Assembly (NCBI GenBank): GCA_037142615.1
Contig: JBAXAI010000021.1
Location: 1 to 64,000 of the forward strand
Source: Spirochaetales bacterium
GTDB taxonomy: Bacteria; Spirochaetota; Spirochaetia; JABEVK01
DNA: 64,000 nt
Reading direction: 5' to 3'
This document shows positions 28,628-38,731 of the stretch, piece after piece (position 1 is the first letter of the stretch; the number at the start of each line of letters is the position of its first letter). Both the position numbers and the translations under genes were made by a program. The notes under the pieces are model-generated. The model was not told the origin of the DNA and searched no databases. It saw nothing but the letters and a program-made list of their open reading frames with translations.

Positions 28628-30415
28628 TTAGCTCACCAAGATGGCTTCGAACTTACAGGCGTCGTAGCAGGCACCGCACTTGATGCACTTGGCTTGGTCA
28701 ATAAGATGCGGCGCCTTGCGCTCGCCCGAGATGCAATTGGCTGGGCATTTGCGGGCGCACACGGTACAGCCGATGCATTTTTCGGCGATCACGGTGTAGG
28801 TGATGAGGTCCTTGCACTTGCCGGCGGGGCAGTTCTGCTTGTCGATGTGGGCCAAGTACTCGTCTTCAAAGTACTTAAGGGTACTCAGAATGGGATTGGG
28901 CGTGGTACCACCGAGCATACACAAGCTGGCGCGCTGCATGGCAAAACCGATCTGCCGCATGGTGTCGATGTCTTCGTGCGTGCCCTTGCCCTTGGTGATC
29001 TTTTCCAGGATGTTGAGCAGTTTGCGGCCGCCGATTCGGCAGGGTGCGCACTTGCCGCAGCTTTCTTCGACGCTGAAGTCGAGGTAGAACTTGACCACGT
29101 CGACGATGCAGTCGTCTTCGTCCAACACGATCAACCCGCCCGAACCCATCATCGAACCGACCTTGGTCAGCGATTCGTAGTCGATGGGGGTGTCGAGGAA
29201 CTGCACCGGGAGCACGCCGCCGGAAGGGCCACCGGACTGCACGGCCTTGAACGCCTTGCCGCCACGGATGCCGCCACCGATGTCGTACACGATTTCGCGC
29301 AACGTGGTGCCCATCGGCACTTCCACCAGGCCGGAGTTGTTGATCTTGCCGGTGAGCGCGAACACCTTGGTGCCCTTGCTCGTCGCGGTGCCGATGGCCG
29401 CAAACCACGGCGCGCCTTTGAGGATGATCACCGGGATGTTGGCAAAACTTTCGACGTTGTTGATGCTGGTGGGCTTGCCCCACAGGCCGCTGACCGACGG
29501 GAACGGAGGCTTGGGCAACGGCATGCCGCGCTTGCCTTCGATGGACTGCATCAGAGCGGTTTCTTCGCCGCACACAAAGGCACCGGCGCCCAAGCGGATC
29601 TCGATTTCAAAATCAAACCCGGAGCCGAGGATGTTCTTGCCCATCAGGCCCATTTCGTGGCTTTGCTTCATGGCCACTTCGAGGCGGTGGATGGCCAGCG
29701 GGTACTCGGCGCGGATGTAAATGTAGCCCTGGGTGGCGCCCATGGCGTAACCGGCGATGGTCATGGCCTCGAGCACGCTGTGAGGGTCGCCTTCGAGGGT
29801 CGAGCGGTCCATGTAGGCGCCCGGGTCGCCTTCGTCGGCGTTGCAGATCACGTAACGCTGATCAGCGGGGGTCTTGCGGGTGTTTTCCCACTTGAGGCCC
29901 GTGGGGTAACCGGCGCCGCCTCGACCGCGGAGGCCCGAGGCCTTCACTTCGGCGATCACTTGCTCGGGGGTCATTTCGAACAAGGCCTTTTCGAGCGCGG
30001 CGTAACCGTCGCGGCTGATGTATTCCTGCACGTCTTCGGGATTAATGATGCCGCAGTTGCGCAGCACGATGCGAACCTGTTTTTGGTAAAACTGGATGTC
30101 ATGCTCGCCCTTGGCGGCGACCTGACCGGCCGTCTTGTACAACAGACGTTCCACAGGGCGACCCTTGACGATGTGCTCAGCGATGATCTCTTGCGCGTCT
30201 TCGGGTTTCACTTCGACGTAAAAGCTTTCGTCCGGCAGAATCTTGACGATGGGACCCTTTTCGCAAAAGCCGAAACAGCCGGTCTTGACCACCTGAACCT
30301 GATTGCCAACCCCGAGTTCCTCGGCGGCCTTTTTCAGGTTTTTGAAGATCTCGTCGGCTTTGCTCGACTCGCAGCCGGTGCCGCCGCAAACAAGGCAGAA
30401 GTTGCTCAGTGCCAT
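28628..30415 (-). CDS. NuoF-like FMN/NADH-binding hydrogenase subunit (HydB/HndC)
   Basis: SGLRGRGGAG, CNADEGDPGAYMDR, GAGAFVCGEETAL, ESCGKCAPCR, C-terminal 2x4Fe-4S. Confidence 0.95.
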   Translation of the reverse strand: MALSNFCLVCGGTGCESSKADEIFKNLKKAAEELGVGNQVQVVKTGCFGFCEKGPIVKILPDESFYVEVKPEDAQEIIAEHIVKGRPVERLLYKTAGQVAAKGEHDIQFYQKQVRIVLRNCGIINPEDVQEYISRDGYAALEKALFEMTPEQVIAEVKASGLRGRGGAGYPTGLKWENTRKTPADQRYVICNADEGDPGAYMDRSTLEGDPHSVLEAMTIAGYAMGATQGYIYIRAEYPLAIHRLEVAMKQSHEMGLMGKNILGSGFDFEIEIRLGAGAFVCGEETALMQSIEGKRGMPLPKPPFPSVSGLWGKPTSINNVESFANIPVIILKGAPWFAAIGTATSKGTKVFALTGKINNSGLVEVPMGTTLREIVYDIGGGIRGGKAFKAVQSGGPSGGVLPVQFLDTPIDYESLTKVGSMMGSGGLIVLDEDDCIVDVVKFYLDFSVEESCGKCAPCRIGGRKLLNILEKITKGKGTHEDIDTMRQIGFAMQRASLCMLGGTTPNPILSTLKYFEDEYLAHIDKQNCPAGKCKDLITYTVIAEKCIGCTVCARKCPANCISGERKAPHLIDQAKCIKCGACYDACKFEAILVS

Positions 30416-30416
30416 G

Positions 30417-30803
30417 TCAGTTCTCCTTCACGATGTCTTTCGACGGGCGGTCGAACACGTGCTTGTCGACCAGTTTCTTCTCGAGGATGTGGGTGTGGAC
30501 GATCAGGCGGGCCGTCTCGGCATCGACGTTGCCGTAAATGATGTCGGGCATACCGTCCATCTTGACCAGCGCGGTGGGCTCGCTGTGGCAAAAGCCCATG
30601 CAGCCGGTCTGCTTGATGACGACGTTGCGCACGTCCTTGCTGTTGAGCTCGTTCACAAACGCGTCGAGGGTTTCCTTGGCTCCGGCCGCAATGCCGCAGG
30701 TGCCCATGCCCAAGGTGATTTCAATGGTTTTGTCGCCGCCGATGCGGCGGTCCATGGCCTTTTTGCCGGCCTCGCGCATGGCTCTCAGTTCTTGCAGGGT
30801 CAT
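30417..30803 (-). CDS. Thioredoxin-like [2Fe-2S] ferredoxin subunit (HndB/HydD-like)
   Basis: GMGTCGIAAGA, TGCMGFCHSEP, YGNV. Confidence 0.88.
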   Translation of the reverse strand: MTLQELRAMREAGKKAMDRRIGGDKTIEITLGMGTCGIAAGAKETLDAFVNELNSKDVRNVVIKQTGCMGFCHSEPTALVKMDGMPDIIYGNVDAETARLIVHTHILEKKLVDKHVFDRPSKDIVKEN

Positions 30804-31366
30804 TCCTTTGCCTCCATCGCATTTGCCTCCATCGCTGTCGTCTCCAAATCCGTGAAATACTGCGCCAGCAACTGGCGGGCCTCGGGGTCTTCAAAGCTCC
30901 CCAAGGCCTCACGCAACTCGCTGCGGGTCGCCTCTTGGCCGTACAGGTTGAGCACCACCTCGTGGTTGCCCTCCCAGGCCATCAACTGGCTCAAACAGCC
31001 CGCCAGGTCGCCCAAGGGGGGCGTATCCCAGTGTTGCCGGTTGAACCCCACCTCCACCTCGGTGCCGTGGGGCGGTTGGTTCGAACTCTCAATCCGGAAG
31101 CTGCCCTGCGTCATCGTGACGGTCTGGATGACGAACGGGAGCCCCAGACCCACCTTGCGGTGGGGATGTTTGACGCCATCGGACCAGAACGGGTCCTGGG
31201 CCTTGGCCAGGGTGGTGTCGTCCATACCGCAACCGTTGTCGCCAACCGTCAGCCGGAACAGCCCGCCCTCGTTGTCCAGCGTCACCCGGACGGTATCGGC
31301 CCCTGATTCCACGGCGTTCTGGTACAGGTCGACCAGAAAGTCGCAAATCGTCCGATGTGTCGACAT
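30800..31366 (-). CDS. Stand-alone HATPase_c (histidine-kinase-like ATPase)
   Basis: DLYQNAVESGA, DNGCGM, DPF, KVGLGLP, HWDTPPLGDL. Confidence 0.82.
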   Translation of the reverse strand: MSTHRTICDFLVDLYQNAVESGADTVRVTLDNEGGLFRLTVGDNGCGMDDTTLAKAQDPFWSDGVKHPHRKVGLGLPFVIQTVTMTQGSFRIESSNQPPHGTEVEVGFNRQHWDTPPLGDLAGCLSQLMAWEGNHEVVLNLYGQEATRSELREALGSFEDPEARQLLAQYFTDLETTAMEANAMEAKE

Positions 31367-31374
31367 CGACTACC

Positions 31375-31872
31375 TCAGGCTTGGGCCCTGAGTTTGGCGA
31401 GGATCTCGGGCAGTTTGTCGGGGACGATTTTGCCAAAGACCTCGGTGCCGCACACGGCCACCGGAGCGAGGCCGCAACAACCGACGCAGCGCACCGACTC
31501 GATGCTGAACTCACCGTCTTCGGTCACCTGGTTGACGCCGATCCCGAGCATGTTCTCGAGCTCTTCGATGATGTCTTCGCCGCCCTTGAGGTAGCAGGCA
31601 GTGCCCATGCACACTTGGATGTTATGGCGTCCGGGCTTGGTCAGTTTGAAGTAGTGGTAAAAGGTGACCACGCCGTAGATCTTGGCCAGCGGCAAATTGA
31701 TGACGCGGGAAAGCTTGAGAATGGCAGGGCGCGGAAGGAAACCAAACTCCTGCTGCAAGCGGTGCAGGATCATGATCAGGCTGCCGGGCTTGTCTTTCCA
31801 TTCGGTGATGAACGACGTCAGTGCGGGCGAAAAGTCCGGTTCGGCGACCTTTTCGAGAGTGGAAGCTGACAT
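31375..31872 (-). CDS. NuoE-like [2Fe-2S] hydrogenase subunit (HydC/HndA)
   Basis: YGVVTFYHYF, VCMGTACYLKG, VRCVGCCGLAP; AGGAGG RBS. Confidence 0.93.
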   Translation of the reverse strand: MSASTLEKVAEPDFSPALTSFITEWKDKPGSLIMILHRLQQEFGFLPRPAILKLSRVINLPLAKIYGVVTFYHYFKLTKPGRHNIQVCMGTACYLKGGEDIIEELENMLGIGVNQVTEDGEFSIESVRCVGCCGLAPVAVCGTEVFGKIVPDKLPEILAKLRAQA

Positions 31873-32058
31873 GGATCCTCCTTAACGTTAGGGCTATTAA
31901 CTTCGTTATAGTCCTGACCCGACCTGCTGTCAAGATTATTGCACTTGAAAGCACAATATTTTGAACTTCCGGAGCAATAAATGCTGAGGGGAATGGTCAT
32001 AGATTCGGGGTGGGGAGAGCGCTTTGCCAACGCCTGTCTTGTGGAGTACTTTGACCCC

Positions 32059-32712
32059 ATGGACAAGACTCCGGGTTCTGCAGGGACCCGTTACGGTGTA
32101 CCGGCCTATCGCGAGCAGATCACCACGCGCCTGAGCGAGGCCTACGGGCAGAACATGCTCGACCAGCGGGAGTTGGAACGGCGGCTCGACCTGGCGCAAA
32201 AGGCCGAAACCATCGAGGAACTGAAAGCCGTGGTGGCTGACTTTGGGCCCGAGAAAGCCACCCGTCCACGACAAACTCGCGGGGGCGAGAGTCAACTCGC
32301 TGCCACGGGACAGCGCCACACCCAGGTGATGTCGAGCCACAACCACGTGCTCGACCCGGAACTAGAAGACGGCTACCGGGGCCTCAACATCATGGGCGGC
32401 ACGGTGCTCGACCTGCGGGCCTTTCGTGGGTCGGGGGTTACCCTCGTGGTGACGCTGTCGGGGTGCATGGCCGAATACCGGGTCAAAGTGCCGCGGGGAA
32501 CACGGGTTGTTCGCGAGTCGCGTCTGGTGATGGGTGAACTGCACATCCGTTCGGCCGGCCAACCGGGCGTGCTGACCTCTTTGTGGAAGAAGCTCGTGGG
32601 CAACTCCGACCCGCCGCCGGCGTCACCCTACCCCGCCGACGGGCCGCCGCCGACTGTGATCCTGCGGGGCACCATGGTCATGGGGAGCATCACCGTCAAG
32701 GAAGAGAGCTGA
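32059..32712 (+). CDS. DUF1707 (SHOCT-like) / LiaF-like C-terminal domain protein
   Basis: REQITTRLSEAYGQNMLDQRELERRLD...VVAD; MGGTVLDLR, MGSITVK. Confidence 0.7.
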   Translation: MDKTPGSAGTRYGVPAYREQITTRLSEAYGQNMLDQRELERRLDLAQKAETIEELKAVVADFGPEKATRPRQTRGGESQLAATGQRHTQVMSSHNHVLDPELEDGYRGLNIMGGTVLDLRAFRGSGVTLVVTLSGCMAEYRVKVPRGTRVVRESRLVMGELHIRSAGQPGVLTSLWKKLVGNSDPPPASPYPADGPPPTVILRGTMVMGSITVKEES

Positions 32713-33652
32713 GGAAGTTCAGCAACACGGGATTCACCGCCTCGGAGTGCAGTTCGTGGAGCAAATGCCCTTGCCCGGGCAGCACGACCAACTGAGAATC
32801 CGGGAGCACGGCCTTCAGCTTCTTGCCAGTATCGAGGGGCACAATCTCGTCTTTTTCGCCCCAGAGCAGCAGCGTCGGCATGGTGAGTTTCTTCGGCTCC
32901 ACCGGAGGCGCGCCGGGTGACGAGCTCCAGGCGATGAGCGCGTCGCCCTCGCGTGGGCCCTGAAAAGCCGTGGTGTAGCCATCGACCATCTCGTCGGGGA
33001 TCGTCTCGCCCTTGACGGCGAAACCCTCGAGCAGGCCCTTCACCGCCTTCCAGTCGTGGAGCTGCCCATCGAGGAACGGTGCGAGCAGTCCGGCAAAAAA
33101 CGGAGCCCCGGCGGCTGTCTTGCCGTCGGCAGGCACGGCACCTGCCATCAGGATGAGTGCCTTGGTGCGCTCAGGATGCGTCTGCGCGCTGAGTGCCGCG
33201 TACAACCCGCCCATGGAGTGGCCTAGCAACACCACGTTGCTGTTCCAGCCCAGCGCGTCGGCCACGGCCCACTCCAGTTCACCCCGGTTGAGGCCCTTGC
33301 TGAGCTTGGCGACCTCGTGGTCCGAAAAGCCAAAGGGGGGCACATCGGCAGCGGCGACTTCCCAGCCGGCTTCGAGCAAGGCGGGCACCACAAAGCGAAA
33401 ACTGAACGTCGACGACCCAAACCCATGCATCAGAAGAATTTGGCCCTTGGGCTCGGCAAAGACTGCGGCGTCGGGCCTCCAGTGGCGATAGTGCACACTC
33501 AGGCCCTGCGACCCGACAAAAGCACTTTCAGGGAACGGCTGGGCGCGGTTGATGGCGCTGCCAAGATCGAGCGCCCGCTGCTGGGTGGGAGTGGTGGCGC
33601 AACTGGCAAGCAGCAAGAAAGAAGCGGCCGCGAGGGCCAAGGGTAGTTTCAT
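32696..33652 (-). CDS. Alpha/beta-hydrolase lipoprotein
   Basis: Lipobox LASC; MHGFG, GHSMGG, WGEKDEIVP, GHLLHE. Confidence 0.88.
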   Translation of the reverse strand: MKLPLALAAASFLLLASCATTPTQQRALDLGSAINRAQPFPESAFVGSQGLSVHYRHWRPDAAVFAEPKGQILLMHGFGSSTFSFRFVVPALLEAGWEVAAADVPPFGFSDHEVAKLSKGLNRGELEWAVADALGWNSNVVLLGHSMGGLYAALSAQTHPERTKALILMAGAVPADGKTAAGAPFFAGLLAPFLDGQLHDWKAVKGLLEGFAVKGETIPDEMVDGYTTAFQGPREGDALIAWSSSPGAPPVEPKKLTMPTLLLWGEKDEIVPLDTGKKLKAVLPDSQLVVLPGQGHLLHELHSEAVNPVLLNFLSSLP

Positions 33653-33702
33653 GCTTGCAAGATACTGCCCAGGAGTGCGGATTGCAAAACCGGCCACCTC
33701 GG

Positions 33703-35304
33703 CTACGCCCGTGACTCCACCATTTCGCTCGTCGGGTAGAACCTGACCGCCGGGTTGTCGCTTTTGAAGCGCTGAAGCAGCCACGGGTTCTCGGCCATGA
33801 AGATGTGCGTTCCCCGCACGTCGACCAGGATCTTGTGGCTGTAGCGGTCCAGAAAGGCCTCGAGCACGCGTTTGTCGTCGCTGGTGATCCAGTTGCACAG
33901 CGTGAACTCGATGGGCTCGTACCGACAGGCGGCGCCGTACTCGTGTTCCAGGCGATACTGCAGAACTTCGAGCTGCAACTGCCCCACGACGCCCAGCACG
34001 CGGACGTTCTGGTTGTGCGGCTTGGTGAACACCTGCACTACGCCCTCTTCGGCCAGTTGGTCGAGGCCCCTGTGGAACTGCTTGCTCTTCATGGGGTCAG
34101 CGTTGAGGATGGTGCGGAAAATCTGCGGAGCAAAGCTCGGAATACCCTGAAAGTGCAGCGCCTCGCCCTCGGTCATGGTGTCGCCGATCTTGAACGTGCC
34201 GGTGTCGTGCAGGCCGATGATGTCGCCCGGCCACGCCTCGTCGATGATGTCGCGGTTTTGGGCCATGAACGCCGTGGGGTTGGCCGCGCGGATGGGTTTG
34301 CCCGAACGCACGTGCAGGTACTGCTTGTTGCGCTCAAACTTACCGCTGCAGATGCGCAAAAAGGCCACGCGGTCGCGGTGCTTGGGGTCGAGGTTGGCGT
34401 GGATCTTGAAAATGAACCCCGTGAACTTGGCTTCGGAAGGTTCCACGGTGCGTTCATCGGCCTTTTTGGCCTGCGGGTACGGGGCCAAGCGCACCAAGTT
34501 GTCGAGCAGTTCCTGCACCCCGAAGTTGTTGAGTGCCGAACCAAAAAACACCGGCGTCACCAACCCCTGCATGTATTCCTCGTGGTCGAAAGGCGGATAA
34601 ATGCTGGTCACCAGCGCCATGTCGTCGCGCAGCTTTTTGGCCAGGTAGTCGCCCACTTCTTGGTCGAGCCTCGGGTCGTCCACGCCGTCAATGGCCACCA
34701 CGTTGGTGGGCAGTTGCACCTGGCCCGGGCGGAACAAGTACAGCTTGTTCTCGAGCAGGTTGTACACGCCTTTGAAACTTTGCCCCTGCCCCAGGGGCCA
34801 GGTAACGGGGCGCACCTGCAGCGCCAGTTCCTTTTCGACCTCGTCGAGCAGTTCGATGGGGTCCTTGCCTTCGCGGTCGAGCTTGTTCATGAATGTCATG
34901 ATGGGCGTGGAGCGCATTCGGCACACCTCGCACAGCTTGCGGGTGCGTTCCTCGACGCCTTTCACCGAGTCGATGAGGATGAGTGCCGAGTCGACGGCGC
35001 TGAGGCCGCGGTAGGTGTCTTCGGAAAAGTCGGCGTGGCCGGGGGTGTCGAGGATGTTCACCTTGCGCCCACCGTAGTCGAAGCCCATCACCGAACTGCT
35101 GATCGAGATGCCGCGCTCTTTTTCCATTTCCATGAAGTCGCTCACGGCGGCGCGGCTGTTTTTGTTGCTCTTGACGGCACCGGCGATGTGGATGGCGCCG
35201 CCGAACAACAGCAGTTTTTCGGTGGTGGTAGTTTTGCCGGCGTCGGGGTGGCTGATGATGGCAAAGGTAAGGCGACGCTGGATTTCGGTAAGGGAATCAG
35301 ACAT
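33703..35304 (-). CDS. prfC: Peptide chain release factor 3
   Basis: TFAIISHPDAGKTT, DTPGHADFSEDTYR, NKLDRE, HRDRVAFLRICSG. Confidence 0.97.
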   Translation of the reverse strand: MSDSLTEIQRRLTFAIISHPDAGKTTTTEKLLLFGGAIHIAGAVKSNKNSRAAVSDFMEMEKERGISISSSVMGFDYGGRKVNILDTPGHADFSEDTYRGLSAVDSALILIDSVKGVEERTRKLCEVCRMRSTPIMTFMNKLDREGKDPIELLDEVEKELALQVRPVTWPLGQGQSFKGVYNLLENKLYLFRPGQVQLPTNVVAIDGVDDPRLDQEVGDYLAKKLRDDMALVTSIYPPFDHEEYMQGLVTPVFFGSALNNFGVQELLDNLVRLAPYPQAKKADERTVEPSEAKFTGFIFKIHANLDPKHRDRVAFLRICSGKFERNKQYLHVRSGKPIRAANPTAFMAQNRDIIDEAWPGDIIGLHDTGTFKIGDTMTEGEALHFQGIPSFAPQIFRTILNADPMKSKQFHRGLDQLAEEGVVQVFTKPHNQNVRVLGVVGQLQLEVLQYRLEHEYGAACRYEPIEFTLCNWITSDDKRVLEAFLDRYSHKILVDVRGTHIFMAENPWLLQRFKSDNPAVRFYPTSEMVESRA

Positions 35305-35336
35305 GGGAGGCCAAAATACCCCGTTTGAGGGCGGTT

Positions 35337-35822
35337 CTACAAGACCAGCAGCGAGCCGAAGTCTTTCAGTTCGCTCAGTTTGGAAAGGACCGTCGGCTTG
35401 CCACGCGACTGCTCGGCGTCGTCTTTGGTGGCCAGCGTGAAAATGTCGTTGAGCTGGTCGGCCAGTATGCCCAGGTTGGAACCGAAGTTCGTGGCGGCGA
35501 TGTCGGCCAACGTTTTTTCCTGGGGGCTGCGCCGCGAACCGTGAGATGCCACCAGCGACTTCAACTGCGGCAGAAGTTTGGTCCGGGCCGCGTGCACGAA
35601 CAGCGCCAGCGAGTGCAGCTTGATGTACAGGTCGTCCATATAATAGCCGTCGATGCGGAACTGAGCGTTCTTTTCGGTGAGGCTCTCGATGTCGTTCCAG
35701 GTTCGGTGTTCCAAGCCCAAGTTGCGAAACTCGTCCTTGATGAACTTGTTGGCCACGTTGGCCGTGTAGTGGGCGGCCAAACGGTCGATCTTGTTCAGGA
35801 TGTCAGAGTTCTTGGTGAGCAT
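35337..35822 (-). CDS. Hypothetical protein
   Basis: 161-aa ORF, ATG start, host-like codon usage, no recognised motif. Confidence 0.6.
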   Translation of the reverse strand: MLTKNSDILNKIDRLAAHYTANVANKFIKDEFRNLGLEHRTWNDIESLTEKNAQFRIDGYYMDDLYIKLHSLALFVHAARTKLLPQLKSLVASHGSRRSPQEKTLADIAATNFGSNLGILADQLNDIFTLATKDDAEQSRGKPTVLSKLSELKDFGSLLVL

Positions 35823-35863
35823 ACGTCAGTATAATACGACTACGCGCTTTGGGCCACAAGCAA

Positions 35864-36196
35864 CTACGCGAGGGCAGCGAGTTCTGTCGACTGAGCCCAC
35901 TCGGAAATCGAGCGCATCACCGGCTCGAGGGCCCGACCGCGCTCGGTGAGGGAATACGACACCCTGACCGGCGGCCCGGCCATCACTTGGCGCACAACCA
36001 GACCTTCATCCTCTAGTTCTTTCACTCGAACCGACAGCACGCGGGCACTCAGGTTGGGGAGGGCGCGCTCGAGGTCACAGAAGTGTTTCTCACCCTGGAG
36101 CAAGCTGTGGACGATCATTCCCATCCACTTGCGGGACAAAAGTTCGAAAGCAGCTTCCACTCGAGAGCACATGGGTTCGGCGTTTGGAGTGTCCAT
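35864..36196 (-). CDS. HxlR-family winged-helix regulator
   Basis: CSRVEAAFELLSRKW, LSVRVKELE, PPVRVSYSLTERG. Confidence 0.9.
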   Translation of the reverse strand: MDTPNAEPMCSRVEAAFELLSRKWMGMIVHSLLQGEKHFCDLERALPNLSARVLSVRVKELEDEGLVVRQVMAGPPVRVSYSLTERGRALEPVMRSISEWAQSTELAALA

Positions 36197-36235
36197 GGAA
36201 AAAAAGATAACATGACACTTGACGTTTGGCAAGAA

Positions 36236-36266
36236 GTTAAGTAGGTTATTAATAGTTACCTGCTAA
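36236..36266. promoter_or_regulatory. Imperfect inverted repeat between the divergent hxlR-like and LUD genes (candidate operator)
   Basis: GTTAAGTAGGT...ACCTGCTAAC in an AT-rich spacer. Confidence 0.45.
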
Positions 36267-36300
36267 CAGGAAACAACAAACTTACCAAAGGAGAACCACT

Positions 36301-36933
36301 ATGAGTTCCACCACCAAGTTCGCCACCCTTGCTACCAAGGAAACCGTTACCCGCACCATCGAGGCCCTGAAGGCCCAGAACATCGGTGCCCATTTTGCCG
36401 CCACCGCCGCCGAAGCCAAAGCCAAGGCCCTCGAGCTGATTCCCGCTGGCGCCGAAGTGCTCACCAACTCGTCGATCACCGTCGACGCGATCGGGCTTGG
36501 TGCCGAACTGAACGACACCGGCAAGTACGTTTCGCTCAAGAACAAGATGTACGCCATGGACCGCGCCACCCAGGGCCGCGCTATCGCCGCGCTGGTTTCG
36601 GCGCCCCAGATTGCCGTCGGCTCGGCCCACGCCGTCACCGAAGAAGGCTCGATTGTCATCGCCTCGATGTCGGGCTCCAACCTCCCCAGCTATGCCTTTG
36701 GCGCCGAAAAGGTCGTCCTGATCATCAGCACCAAGAAGATCGTCAAGAACGACGAAGAAGCCCAGAAGCGCCTTTGGGAGCATGTTCTGCCCCAGGAATC
36801 GGCCCGGGCCCGCAAGGCTTACGGCCTGCCCGAGACCTTCAACTCGAACCCCAACACCGTGCTGACCATCAACGCCCAGCCCGCTCCTGGCCGCATCGAG
36901 GTGATCTTCGTGGGCGAAGACTTCGGGTTTTAA
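36301..36933 (+). CDS. LUD-domain (lactate utilization-like) protein
   Basis: GSAHAVTEEGSIVIASMSGS, KKIVKN, VIFVGEDFGF; AAGGAG RBS. Confidence 0.8.
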   Translation: MSSTTKFATLATKETVTRTIEALKAQNIGAHFAATAAEAKAKALELIPAGAEVLTNSSITVDAIGLGAELNDTGKYVSLKNKMYAMDRATQGRAIAALVSAPQIAVGSAHAVTEEGSIVIASMSGSNLPSYAFGAEKVVLIISTKKIVKNDEEAQKRLWEHVLPQESARARKAYGLPETFNSNPNTVLTINAQPAPGRIEVIFVGEDFGF

Positions 36934-36957
36934 GGGAATCCGGCCTTTCGGGCCAAT

Positions 36958-37013
36958 CTAGTCTTCCGTGATTCGTCGGTTCTGCCTGTGGGTGGAACCG
37001 ATTTTTTTTGCGG
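36958..37013 (-). repeat. Displaced copy of the arfB 3' end (direct repeat of 40070-40125)
   Basis: 52/56 nt identical; both copies encode AKKIGSTHRQNRRITED*. Confidence 0.92.
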
Positions 37014-37016
37014 CCT

Positions 37017-37583
37017 CTAGAAGGCAAGGCGCGCGAAGACCGAAGCGTCAATCCCGGCGCCTGCGAACTCGAAGCTCGACTCGGGATAGTTTTGCAGGGT
37101 GAAAAAAGTGCCCACTCGGAAACCCAAAGGTCCCCAAACGAGAAAGCCAATGTTGGCTTTGACTTCAACCCCCACAGCGGGGCCATTAATTGACTCAAGG
37201 AACAGTGATCCCTTTGTTGCTGTCCGAGATCCGAAACCGATCGACGGGATAGCTTCGACCACAACGTCAGCAGCCTGACCCCACCAGCCCCAGTGATATC
37301 CAACGGCGACTCGAAGGCGGTTCATCCAGCCAGAGTGCCCTAGAGCTTCCGAGAAACAGGACTCGCTGCCGTATCCAAGGCCAAAGAGGATACCGAGTGG
37401 AGTCAGCACCTTCAGGTCGACAACATCCTCGCCTAAGGCCATGGCAGCTTCCCTCGACGGAAACCCGTTCATGATTCCAGCTGCCGCCTGAAGGCCGGTG
37501 TCTACTTCCAGCCGCCAGGAAAGATCGGTAGCCCACGCAGGGTATGCCACGAGGGCCAATATTGGCCATAGAAACAACTTCAC
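37017..37583 (-). CDS. Hypothetical secreted protein, possible small outer-membrane beta-barrel
   Basis: GTG start overlapping upstream TAG; signal peptide ending AWA; alternating beta-strand pattern; terminal Phe (ARLAF). Confidence 0.55.
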   Translation of the reverse strand: MKLFLWPILALVAYPAWATDLSWRLEVDTGLQAAAGIMNGFPSREAAMALGEDVVDLKVLTPLGILFGLGYGSESCFSEALGHSGWMNRLRVAVGYHWGWWGQAADVVVEAIPSIGFGSRTATKGSLFLESINGPAVGVEVKANIGFLVWGPLGFRVGTFFTLQNYPESSFEFAGAGIDASVFARLAF

Positions 37584-38731
37584 TAGTAGACCCAACTGAC
37601 TTTGGCTGTCGTGACGCTTCCATCCAGAAGATCGAGTGTCCAGGTGCCAAAACCTGCCGAGTTGCAACTCACCTCGTACAAGACGGAGTCTTTCTGAAAA
37701 GAAGCTCGACCTCCTCCGGGAAAGTCGATATCGGCCTTGACCAGCTGCCAGGTCATCACGGCAGGATCTGCAGAATAGAGGTGTCTCCGTTCGGTGGTCG
37801 GTGAATTCAGAAAGACGTACACACGTCCACCGAAAAGATGCACACCATTAACAAACTCAGCCCCTCCCAACGATGGGAGCGAGACTCTCCGTACTTCCTT
37901 CCAAGTAGCGGGGTCGAGCACCGAGAGGTAGTTATCTCCTGTCCATACGTTAGGAGCCTTCGAAAGATCAGATCCGGCAAAAGAGGCATAGATAGCATCG
38001 CCCCCTGAGACAATGTTGATGTGGCCGTGACTGGCGTCGCCCAGCTTAACCGTACTTTGCGTCTTGGAACCCAAGTCGAGCCTTTCGAAATTGTTGCCGT
38101 GAGGATCGTTGAAGTCCCGCAGGAGCACTTGATCAGTTGCAGGGTCGGCAAAGTCAAGCTGAAGGGAATTGGGATCCATCTGCCCGGTCCACAGAACCTG
38201 CGACTTCTCGGGATTGACGTAGTAGAAGTGCAGCCTTCCCGACTCGTCGTAGAAATTGCCCCGAATGAAAACCCCGCTGGCGACCAGAGCCATTTGGGGA
38301 AAGGCTCCCACCTGCTCTCCTAAACTCATCACCCGTGATAACACACCGGTTCTGTGATCCCACTTCAGAAGGCTGGCAATCCCGTTCGTCAGGAAGTACG
38401 TCACCTTCTTCTTCTGGTCAGTCACTCCGTTGGCAAAGATGTACAATTTGCCCTCTGTCCAGCGCAGCCTCTTCTCAATTTCCAGAGTGTCGGTGTTGAG
38501 TACGGCAAAGTAGCCGGGATCGCCCTCCATCGGTTCTTGGAGCCAAGTTTGGTGCGTTGCCGTGTTGTAAAGGCCTTTTTGGTTCTCGGGGACAATCGGA
38601 GTGTAGAAGACCCATGGCCTGTCGAGTTCGGCAAACGACTCGGGAGCAAAGGCAGGGTAGTCGAACTGCCCCAGCTGGCAGGATGAACCCAGAAGGACGA
38701 GGAAGGTCACAACAGCGCACGCTCGCGGCAT
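37583..38731 (-). CDS. Hypothetical lipoprotein, beta-propeller-like
   Basis: TGATG overlap with upstream gene; lipobox GSSC; beta-rich with LSVLDPATWK-type blade ends. Confidence 0.6.
   Translation of the reverse strand: MPRACAVVTFLVLLGSSCQLGQFDYPAFAPESFAELDRPWVFYTPIVPENQKGLYNTATHQTWLQEPMEGDPGYFAVLNTDTLEIEKRLRWTEGKLYIFANGVTDQKKKVTYFLTNGIASLLKWDHRTGVLSRVMSLGEQVGAFPQMALVASGVFIRGNFYDESGRLHFYYVNPEKSQVLWTGQMDPNSLQLDFADPATDQVLLRDFNDPHGNNFERLDLGSKTQSTVKLGDASHGHINIVSGGDAIYASFAGSDLSKAPNVWTGDNYLSVLDPATWKEVRRVSLPSLGGAEFVNGVHLFGGRVYVFLNSPTTERRHLYSADPAVMTWQLVKADIDFPGGGRASFQKDSVLYEVSCNSAGFGTWTLDLLDGSVTTAKVSWVY

Noticed and set aside
30810-30836. Short tandem duplication at the HATPase C-terminus (AMEA-N-AMEA)
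   Set aside because: Only two short units, probably neutral slippage
31894-31911. Rex operator upstream of the hydrogenase operon
   Set aside because: CTATTAACTTCGTTATAG is only a weak match to TTGTGAA-N4-TTCACAA; needs a position-weight-matrix scan
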